A stretch of DNA of 64,000 nucleotides from Macrostomum lignano (lineage: Eukaryota): the NCBI GenBank assembly GCA_002269645.1, contig NIVC01000001.1, positions 930,001-994,000 on the forward strand, written 5' to 3'. Of this stretch, positions 47,951 to 58,156 are shown piece by piece. Every line of letters starts with the position of its first letter. The first letter of the stretch is position 1. The position numbers and the translations under genes were made by a program. Under the pieces are notes generated by a model. The model worked only from the letters and a program-made list of their open reading frames with translations. It was not told where the DNA came from and did no database searches.

Positions 47951-48458
47951 TGTGATGTATTAAAGGTGTTTCTGCAAGGTCGAGAGGTACATAGACAAAG
48001 TAGAAAGTAAAAAGTAAATAAAGAAACGAATATGTGTTCTACGGATAAGCTAAAGTGGCCTAGAAAGTTATTTAACGGTATTTCTGTATTTATTTCTGTC
48101 TTAAACGCACAAGACAGTTGGGATCAGAATGAGCATTACAGTGTAATAATTCTATTACGATTTCTGGGCTAGGCAAAACAGAAAGGTAAAAATCTGCAGT
48201 TCATTTACAACAGGCTGCTAGAGAGTTCGAGTGCAGATAGTGACGCTAAAAGGAGTTCATAAAGTTATACTCTGCAGGTTGTCTGTAGCTACAAAACACT
48301 TTGGATATTTTATTTCTAATGATAAAGAAAAGTAGACACAACATATACTACTGATGTCAATATAGTAGTTAAATAGTAAAATCACAATATCATAGACGAG
48401 CTCTGCTAGCTGGCGAGAGAATTCGGCAAAAACTGAGGGGGCGAGGGTGGTGATGGCC

Positions 48459-49490
48459 CAGCAACTGAGGATCTTGGAGGCTGGCCCAGCAACTGAAACT
48501 CTGGGAGGCTGGCCCAGCAACTGAGGATCTTGGAGGCTGGCCCAGCAACTGACACTCTGGGAGGCTGGCCCAGCAACTGACACTCTGGGAGGCTGGCCCA
48601 GCAACTGGGGATCCGAGAGGCTGGCCCAGCAACTGAAGATCTGGGAGGCTGGCCCAGCAACTGACACTCTGGAAGGCTGGCCCAGCAACTGACACTCTGG
48701 GAGGCTGGAACAGCAACTGAGGATCTGGGAGGCTGGCCCAGCAACTGAGGATCTGGGAGGCTGGCCCAGCAACTGACACTCTGGGAGGCTGGCCCAGCAA
48801 CTGGGGATCCGAGAGGCTGGCCCAGCAACTGAGGATCTGGGAGGCTTGCCCAGCAACTGACACTCTGGGAGGCTGGCCCAGCAACTGACACTCTGGGAGG
48901 CTGGCCCAGCAACTGACACTCTGGGAGGCTGGCCCAGCAACTGAGGATCTGGGAGGCTGGCCCAGCAACTGACACTCTGGGAGGCTGGCCCAGCAACTGA
49001 GGATCTGGGAGGCTGGCCCAGCAACTGACACTCTGGGAGGCTGGCCCAGCAACTGAGGATCTGGGAGGCTGGCCCAGCAACTGACACTCTGGGAGGCTGG
49101 CCCAGCAACTGAGGATCTGGGAGGCTGGCCCAGCAACTGACACTCTGGGAGGCTGGCCCAGCAACTGAGGATCTGGGAGGCTGGCCCAGCAACTGACACT
49201 CTGGGAGGCTGGAACAGCAACTGAGGATCTGGGAGGCTGGCCCAGCAACTGACACTCTGGGAGGCTGGAACAGCAACTGAGGATCTGGGAGGCTGACCCA
49301 GCAACTGACACTCTGGGAGGCTGGCCCAGCAACTGAGGATCTGGGAGGCTGGCCCAGCAACTGACACTCTGGGAGGCTGGAACAGCAACTGAGGATCTGG
49401 GAGGCTGGCCCAGCAACTGACACTCTGGGAGGCTGGAACAGCAACTGAGGATCTGGGAGGCTGGCCTAGCAACTGGGGATCTGGGAGGAG
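48459..49490. repeat. 28-bp minisatellite GGAGGCTGGCCCAGCAACTGA(CACT/GGAT)CTG (about 37 copies)
   Basis: Directly visible between MMADHC and TECPR1. Confidence 0.96.
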
Positions 49491-49888
49491 GCGGGCGAGA
49501 ATAAGAATCTTGCATTAGTTCAGTACAAGTTAGCAGATGTGGCAGCTCTAACACTATATTAGCAATACAATACTTGCATAAGTGTGATCTCAAACGTGAA
49601 GCAAAACACTAGCAAACACAGTGTGAAAAACAAAACACTTCCAGCGCTAATGAATGACGCGGCAATCAGTTAGAAATAGATTTCGATTACACAGGCAATT
49701 GCTGAAAACCTTCAGTATCGAAAATTATCCGTTTTCCAACTGATAGCTGCTATTTAAAGATTCAAACAGAGAGCTGCGCTACTATGAGTAACATAGAAAA
49801 ACAATCGATGAGAATTACAACACGCTAGCTAGTTTAGCTCAGAAACACACGCTATGTTAAACAGGTCAGGCTGTGGCAGTTCAGACTG

Positions 49889-52206
49889 TCAGGCGGAGGC
49901 GGCAAGACCGACAAGGAGCGGATGATCGACTGGCGCATTGGTGAACAGGGCGCCAACGAACACCCTGGCGCCCCAGGCGGCGTGCATGATCACTTTGCAG
50001 CAGCCGAGGTCCTCGATGTCGAAGCCGAGGCTTCTGTACCGTTCGTCAGTTTCAAATAGGGCGTCCGTACCGCCACTCGATTCCATCGGCCGGCCGGAGG
50101 TTGGGTCGATGAAGTCGCACCTGAGGGTTGCGAGTTAAGGTGATGTTATAATGGACTGATTGACTTGGTGGTGGAGATGGGAGATAGATAATGGAGATGG
50201 GAGATAGACCATGGAGATGGGAGATAGATAATGGAGATGGGAGATAGACCATGGAGATGGGAGATAGATAATGGAGATGGGAGATAGATAATGGAGATGG
50301 GAGATAGATAATGGAGATGGGAGATAGATAATGGAGATGGGAGATAGATAATGGAGATGGGAGATAGATAATGGAGATGGGAGATAGATCATGGAGATTG
50401 GAGATAGATCATGGAGATGGGAGATAGATCATGGAGATGGGAGATAGACCATGGAGATGGGAGATAGATAATGGAGATGGGAGATAGATAATGGAGATGG
50501 GAGATAGATAATGGAGATGGGAGATAGATAATGGAGATGGGAGATAGATAATGGAGATGGGAGATAGATAATGGAGATGGGAGATAGACCATGGAGATGG
50601 GAGATAGATAATGGAGATGGGAGATAGACCATGGAGATGGGAGATAGATAATGGAGATGGGAGATAGATAATGGAGATGGGAGATAGATAATGGAGATGG
50701 GAGATAGATAATGGAGATGGGAGATAGATCATGGAGATTGGAGATAGATCATGGAGATGGGAGATAGATCATGGAGATGGGAGATAGACCATGGAAATGG
50801 GAGATAGATAATGGAGATGGGAGATAGATAATGGAGATGGGAGATAGATAATGGAGATGGGAGATAGACCATGGAGATGGGAGAAAGACCATGGAGATGG
50901 TAGATAAATAATGGAGATGGGAGATAGATAATGGAGATGGGAGATAGACCATGGAGATGGGAGATAGATCATGAAGATGGGAGATAGACCATGGAGATTT
51001 GAGATAGACCATGGAGATTTGAGATAGACCATGGAGATGGGAGATAGATAATGGAGATGGGAGATAGATAATGGAGATGGGAGATAGACCATGGAGATGG
51101 GAGACAGATCATGGGGATGGGAGATAGATAATGGAGATGGGAGATAGACCATGGAGATGGGAGATAGATAATGGAGATGGGAGATAGATAATGGAGATGG
51201 GAGATAGATAATGGAGATGGGAGATAGACCATGGAGATGGGAGATAGATAATGGAGATGAGAGATAGATAATGGAGATGGGAGATGGGAGATAGATAATG
51301 GAGATGGGAGACAGATCATGGGGATGGGAGATAGATAATGGAGATAGGAGATAGACCATGGAGATGGGATGAGAGGGAAGCAGGGTAGATACTGGAGTAC
51401 AAAATGGTTTTGAGAAGGTCGCGACCCCGGCACCGCTGCCAGACTTGCCAGTATCCGGCAGCCCGCAGTCGGCGGCACAAGTGAGCAGCCGCCGCAACAA
51501 ACTGTTCGGTGAGCTCCTCCCGTTCCTCTTGCACCTGAGTAGACCAGCCGCTCATGTCGTTGCGAGTCCGATGGGCCAAGGTGATGACGTTCATCGAGCT
51601 GGACACTGGCGCCTCGGCGCCGAGCAAGGAGACCAGATCGCGGCGCAGCTGGTTGGGGCAGGGCCTGGTGGAAAAGTGCAGAGTGCGAGACTTTAACAGT
51701 GTCTAATGAAGTTCATGTATCTTCACAAAAACTTTATTTTCCCCTCTTTTAGCTTATCCTATCTCATTTATTCCCCTCCTAGCTGATCCAATCTCGTTTA
51801 TTCCCATCTCCTAGCTGATCCAATCTCGTTTATTCCCCTCTCCTAGCTGATCCCATCTCATTTATTCCACTATCGCAGCTTATCCCATCACCTCTAAGCC
51901 AAATTCTCACCTAGCAGTAAGCTCAAGAGTCCCGTCGCCAGCCGAAGCAGTCTGCGTCTGCCTGGCCGCAGAGGCAGCGGACACGGGATCCAAGCCAGCC
52001 GCGGCAGCCGGAGCAACATTTCCCGGCAGTGGGCAGCGCGACGGAGCCGCCTGCTCGGCCAGCGGTCCGAGGCGCTGGTTCTGCTGCTGCTGGCTGGACA
52101 CCGCAGCAGCGGCGCTGACGCTTGGCGCAGAGGACTGCTGGCCGACTCGGCGAAGGAGGGCGGCGTAGCCGGGAAGGCGGGCGGTGAGCTGGCGACTTGG
52201 CTGCAT
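49889..52206 (-). CDS. MMADHC: Cobalamin trafficking protein CblD (247 aa)
   Basis: Exons 52206-51911, 51664-51449 and 50120-49889. RLPGYAALLRRV..LPGNV..PCPNQLRRD..TRNDMSGWS..GYW|CDFIDP..LFETDERYRSLGFDIEDLGCCKVI.H..WG..VFVGALFTNA is diagnostic of MMADHC. Intron 2 is GC-AG. Confidence 0.93.
50172..51370. repeat. 20-bp minisatellite GAGATAGATAATGGAGATGG (about 60 copies)
   Basis: Directly visible; fills MMADHC intron 2. Confidence 0.97.
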
Positions 52207-52279
52207 GATTGAGCTGCTGCTGTCAATGGGGTGGCCTGTCTGTAGCATGAATGGGTTGGCTGTTGTGCTGTGGCTCTGG

Positions 52280-53382
52280 GTGTGCACTGATTGGGGTGGG
52301 TGTGCTCAGATTGGGGTGGGTGTGCTCAGATTGGGGTGGGTGTGCTCAGATTGGGGTGGGTGTGCTCTATGATTGGGGTGGGTGTGCTCAGATTGGGGTG
52401 GGTGTGCACTGATTGTGGGGTGGGTGTGCACTGATTGTGGGGTGGGTGTGCACTGATTGGGGTGGGTGTGAAGTGATTGGGGTGGGTGTGCACTGATTGG
52501 GGTGGGTGTGCACTGATTGTGGGGTGGGTGTGCACTGATTGGGGTGGGTGTGCTCTGGTTGGGGTGGGTGTGAAGTGATTGGGGTGGGTGTGAAGTGATT
52601 GGGGTGGGTGTGAAGTGATTGGGGTGGGTGTGCACTGGTTGGGGTTGGTGTGCACTGATTGGGGTGGGTGTGAAGTGATTAGGGTGGGTGTGCATGTGCA
52701 CTGATTGGGGTGGGTGTGCACTGATTGGGGTGGGTGTGAAGTGATTGGGGTGGGTGTGCACTGATTGGGGTGGGTGTGCACTGATTGGGGTGGGTGTGCA
52801 CTGATTGGGGTGGGTGTACACTGATTGGGGTGGGTGTGCACTGGTTGGGTGGGTGTGAAGTGATTGGGGTGGGTGTGAAGTGATTGGGGTGGGTGTGCAC
52901 TGGTTGGGGTGGGTGTGAAGTGATTGGGGTGGGTGTGAAGTGATTGGGGTGGGTGTGCACTGGTTGGGGTGGGTGTGCACTGGTTGGGGTGGGTGTGAAG
53001 TGATTGGGGTGGGTGTGAAGTGATTGAGGTGGGTGTGAAGTGATTGGGGTGGGTGTGCACTGGTTGGGGTTGGTGTGAAGTGATTGGGGTGGGTGTGCAC
53101 TGATTGGGGTGGGTGTGCACTGATTGGGGTGGGTGTGCACTGATTGGGGTGGGTGTACACTGATTGGGGTGGGTGTGCACTGGTTGGGGTGGGTGTGAAG
53201 TGATTGGGGTGGGTGTGAAGTGATTGGGTGGGTGTGCACTGGTTGGGGTGGGTGTGCACTGGTTGGGGTGGGTGTGCACTGGTTGGGGTGGGTGTGAAGT
53301 GATTGGGGTGGGTGTGAAGTGATTGGGGTGGGTGGGCACTGGTTGGGGTTGGTGTAAAGTGATTGGGGTGGGTGTGCACTGA
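52280..53382. repeat. 20-bp G-rich minisatellite GATTGGGGTGGGTGTGCACT (about 55 copies)
   Basis: Directly visible between the BRD7/9 3' end and MMADHC. Confidence 0.97.
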
Positions 53383-53726
53383 TTGATTAAGCCTAATCTA
53401 AGTATGATCAATGTATTGGCCCTAATATTGAAATGTGACAAAGACCTATCACGATCCCTGATGCCGAGAAATTACGACAAAGCGAATATTTATTTATATT
53501 TCAAACGAGCTAGCATGCGCAGAGACAATTTATGCATATATACAGACAATTAAATATCGCTAATGCAGGTAAATCAAACTACACGCAACACAACAAACAC
53601 GAGCCACGAGCCAATACGTATATATCGAAATTGCATTTAGAAGTTTAATTAAATGCACAAAAAATGCGCATCAATCTACTAAAGAGTATTATAAATTTAC
53701 AATAAAACAGAGCAAAAGGATATTTT

Positions 53727-56700
53727 CTATTTCGGCGACTGCTTCTTATCCTCAGCAACAGAAGCAGCAGCAGTGGAAAGTTCACATTGTTCAGCTTTCA
53801 ATTCAGCCTTGGCCTCGGCGCCATTGCAATCCTCCGCCTTGGCCTTTGCTTCGCCTTCGCCGTCTCTTTGTTCAGAGACTTTGTCCTTGCCGTCGCCACC
53901 ATCCTCGCCATTTTTATCGTCCTCCTGATCCTCTTCTTCCTCCTCCTCCTCATCGTCATCGTTGTCGTCGTCTTGGTCGATTTCCTCTTTGAAGTCGCCG
54001 CCGAAGCGTCGGCGTTGTTGAAGTCGCCGATGCCGTCTCTGCCGACGCTGGTATTGGCGCCAGATCGGCTCGCAGCGTTTGTGATCGCCCTCGGTGACCA
54101 GGTTGAAGTACTTGTTCACCAGGCGGCGCTGGCCCCGACTGCAGCCGGCTATGTAAGTCTGCACGCTGAGCACGTACTCAAGTGCTAGACGGTCGCCGTA
54201 CACTTCGCCTAGCAGGTCGGCGGAGGCAGCCTCTTCGGCTAGGAATGCGTCGACTCGATCCCCGGTGCCGCTGGCGGTGGCCAGGAGCGGCCCGCCAGCC
54301 GCAGGGAGCAGGCGGCTCGTCATCTGGTCCAGGGCGGCCTGCTCCGATTCCTGGTGGGGAAAGGGGAGTGGATTAGAGAGCGTTTACTTGGGTCAAAGAG
54401 TGGATATAAGGGGCGGATTAGGCTGGCGTTGACAAGGAATATTAGAGCAGATCCCCAATGTGTGGATTAGAGCCGATGGCTCAAGGTGTGGATTAGAGCT
54501 GATTGCTCAAGGTGTGGATTAGAGCCGATTGCTCAAGGTGTGGATTAGAGCCGATTGCTCAAGGTGTGGATTAGAGCTGATTGCTCAAGGTGTGGATTAG
54601 AGCCGATTGCTCAAGGTGTGGATTAGAGCTGATTGCTCAAGGTGTGGATTAGAGCCGATTGCTCAAGGTGTGGATTAGAGCTGATTGCTCAAGGTGTGGA
54701 TTAGAGCTGATTGCTCAAGGTGTGGATTAGAGCTGATTGCTCAAGGTGTGGATTAGAGCTGATTGCTCAAGGTGTGGATTAGAGCTGATTGCTCAAGGTG
54801 TGGATTAGAGCTGATTGCTCAAGGTGTGGATTAGAGCTGATTGCTCAAGGTGTGGATTAGAGCTGATTGCTCAAGGTGTGGATTAGAGCTGATTGCTCAA
54901 GGTGTGGATTAGAGCTGATTGCTCAAGGTGTGGATTAGAGCTGATTGCTCAAGGTGTGGATTAGAGCTGATTGCTCAAGGTGTGGATTAGAGCTAATTGC
55001 TCAAGGTGTGGATTAGAGCTGATTGCTCAAGGTGTGGATTAGAGCTAATTGCTCAAGGTGTGGATTAGAGCTGATTGCTCAAGGTGTGGATTAAAACTGA
55101 CTATCTATCCGTAAGTCAGGAACTGGTATGCAAAAGACACATAGAAAAACTTGATTGACAAGCAGCCATCGCGGCCTAACCTGCAGTCCCAACAGCCGCG
55201 CGGCATCAGTCGGATAGAACACTTGACGGCGGCAGAGTCGTTTCACGTCGGTCGGTGCGGCGGCCACGCCGGAGCTCGAATAAAAATCGTCTTCGTAGTC
55301 GTCAAGCGGCACGAATACCAGGCCGGGCTCCTCAAGCCGGCCGATCAGAGGCGGCCCGGCTGACATCAGGCGGGCTCGCGCCTCCGCCGCCGCGGCCTCG
55401 GCCAGCGCAGTCAGCTCGCCGACAGGAGTCGGGTCGGTGTACGATGCCGGCGCGCCGGGCCGGTCGTCATCCACTTCATCTTCGTCAGCGATGAGCTCTT
55501 CAATCTCGATCTGGCCGGCCTCGGAGCCCTCCTCTTCCATCAGCACCATCATGTTGCTGGACGAGTTGCCCGAGCCTTCTCCGTCGGCGTCGGCTCCGCC
55601 GGCCAGGCCAAGACCGCCATTTGAATCAGCGGCCAGGCTTCTGGCGCTGCTGGCGCCGGCGCCGCCGCTGCACTGCGACGCGCCGCTGTTGCTGGCCTCG
55701 CCGACGCCGACAACGCTCTCAAAGATGTCGTCAGGCACGGAGTTCGAGGCCGGACGCGATGCGCCGCCGGCGCTACTGACGCCGATTTCAGCGGCTGCCG
55801 TTGCGCTGGAACTGCTGGCAGCGGGCGGCGGAGTCAAGGCCGCTGCTGGGCGGCGACGGTTGCCGCTGGCGCTGACGCCGCTGCCGCCGACCGCTGCCGA
55901 TCTGGGCGAAGACTTTGGCGACGCTTTTGCCAACAGCTGCTGGGCGGGGTGCCTTCGCGGCCGTCCGCTGGCTGCCTATTGATCCGGCGGGGTTGAGGTA
56001 AGAATTAAGGTGAGATTTCCATCTTCTTGAAAACTAAACTAGATTAAACAAAGATACCCAGGCCAAGAAGCGTCCCAGTGGTTGCAGGTAACACAGATAA
56101 AATAGGAAAGAAGTGACTCCAGACGACTCTAAAACGACGAGATGTCAGGATACAAGTCGCTAAAAAGTCATCAAAGAGTCGCCTAAGAGTCAATTTGAGG
56201 CGTTTCATTGTCTGCGACTCAACAATGCGCTTCAACAATGACTCTGGGGCCGTGGACTCTCATTCTCATCACGATAACTGTTTTCAACTGGAAATTCAGT
56301 GAGATTTCCAAGAGACAAGCTGAGATTCTTTTACCTGCAAATCTTCATCACTGAGCCGATTGGCCAGTCCGCACTGCTTCCTCAGCTGGATGAGCTTGTC
56401 GAAAGCCATCAGCCTGTCGCCTTCGGTCATGAGCTTGTCGGCTTCCTCATAGAATATCGTGTCCGGCGTATTGTAGGTCATGGCATTCTGGCACATCAGG
56501 CGGAAGTCGCCCCGGAAATCGGCGACGTTAGCGTACTGATTGGAGTCGATTTTGGATCGAATAGTGCTCAAATCCATGGGGTTTGTGATGATCTCCGAAT
56601 AGCGAGGCGCGATGTCGTCAGTGACGGGCTTGGCGAAGATGCCGTTGACATCCCGCCTGACCAGCTGCTTGTGCAGCCTGATCAGCAGCGTCCGCATCGC

Positions 56701-56772
56701 CTCCTGGTGCTGCGACATCTCGTCGGAGCTGGCGGCAGCGGTGAGGTCCGAGGAGCTGGCGTGATCCGACAT
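53727..56772 (-). CDS. BRD7/BRD9-family bromodomain protein (618 aa)
   Basis: Exons 56772-56335, 55975-55181 and 54350-53727, phase 0/0. Bromodomain RRDVNGIFAKPVTDDIAPRYSEIITNPMDLSTI..NAMTYNTPDTIFY. The C-terminal YGDRLALEYVLSVQTY..LVTEGDH resembles the BRD7/9 C-terminal region. I cannot choose between BRD7 and BRD9. Confidence 0.88.
54465..55092. repeat. 26-bp minisatellite GATTAGAGCTGATTGCTCAAGGTGTG (about 24 copies)
   Basis: Directly visible in BRD7/9 intron 2. Confidence 0.97.
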
Positions 56773-56999
56773 GGAGCTGCAAAATTAAAAAAGGCATCGA
56801 CTGGTCAGGCAGTGCAAAAGTGCGACAGGCTGTTATGGGCAATAAAAATTGTAATATTAAGTAATGAAATTTAGAAACTGGTTTCGCAAGACTGTTTAGA
56901 TTTAAATAATTTATTTCAATATCAGTTAGGTTGCCGATACAGATACTTAATTAGCTAGATCGGTTTCTCGCAATAATGCGCTCATAACAGCGCATTGAA

Positions 57000-57670
57000 T
57001 CTTTCTTCAGTAGCAAAATTTGCACTCTTGGCTGCATACTAGTGATCGAAAAAAAATACAATTTCATAGAATACTTTAAGCTTCTGAAGCTGCAATAATC
57101 GCCTGACTTTCTAAAAGCAATCAAATCTAGTGCGTGCTCATAGCCAGCAAGAGATAAAAGGGGTGGCGCCCTCAGCCAGGACAATAAACAATTTGGTTTT
57201 CCTCTTTCCCGCTTGTGTCCGACTTTGACCCTCTCTCCTTACTGCTCTCTCATTGGCTGAGCCAGATTAGGCCTATCCCCCCTAGGCTGAATTTTTTCCG
57301 TCTGACTTCGACCTTTTTCCTTACTGCTCTCTCATTGGCTGAGCCAGATTAGGCCTGTCCCCCCTAGGCTGAGTTTCTTCCGTCTGACTTTGACCTCTTT
57401 CCTTACTGCTCTCTCATTGGCTGAGCCAGATTAGGCCTATCCCCCTAGGCTGCATTTCTTCCGTCTGACTTCGACCTTTTTCCTTACTGCTCTCTCATTG
57501 GCTGAGCCAGATTGGGCCTGGCCCCCTATCCGAGTTTCGTCCGTTTTGCATTTACTTTTCGGTCAAATGCTTCTTAACCGAATATGTTTCTGAGGCCTAA
57601 AACCTGAGCTGAGAAAGGAAATTTTTTGCCTTCCCATTAAATTTAAGCGACATTGCGCAGACAAACTACT
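57000..57670. mobile_element. Second copy of the 43760 interspersed repeat, with 4 internal ~69-bp units
   Basis: Shared AGCAAGAGA.A.AAGGGGTGGCG..CTCAGCCAGG..CCCGCTTGTGTCCGACTTTGA and shared downstream flank. Confidence 0.7.
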
Positions 57671-58156
57671 GAAAAAGCGTAGAAGCTCTGCTTTTAAACA
57701 ACTATAATAGCACGTGTCATAACTGTTCGTTGCGCATCTGCGATTGCCACTTGTAGCTGACTAGGAGCACTTGCAAGATAAATTATGCAGATTTAGATAC
57801 CGATTTATGCATTAATCTGGTATTAAAATTTAATTTTATGCGAAGAAAACAAAAAATAATCACAAATCCAACAAGACGACTAAATATCATAGAATTTATT
57901 CGACTAGACTAAAAAAGTTGCAGTTTATCAAGTTGGATATGCTTGCACTGATAAATTATTCCAAGCAAGTAGAATAAAGGCGATTTGATAAATAAAACAG
58001 AAACGAAAAAATACACCAGACCAATTCGGCCTTTTCTAAGAACAAAAAACAAAACAGCGCCCTTACACCAAATAAGAAGCACAGTTGTGTGAGCATTGGC
58101 ACATATTCAAATTGGAATTATAAATTATAAACAGTTGTATATAAGGCCACTATTGC

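Noticed and set aside
49889-52206. MMACHC (CblC) as the identity of this gene
   Set aside because: The motifs (DFIDP, LFETDERY, DLGCCKVI) belong to MMADHC, not MMACHC.
32141-53441. Long repetitive ORFs (SVAILTEG, AITDILAL, MVQGRFFG, QPPRVSVAG, YLPSPLSISH, HTHPNQ)
   Set aside because: They are translations of intronic or intergenic minisatellites, open in several frames and on both strands, and lie outside the spliced gene models.
244-55092. Tandem arrays as CRISPR loci
   Set aside because: Units are head-to-tail without unique spacers, there are no cas genes, and the context is eukaryotic and intronic.
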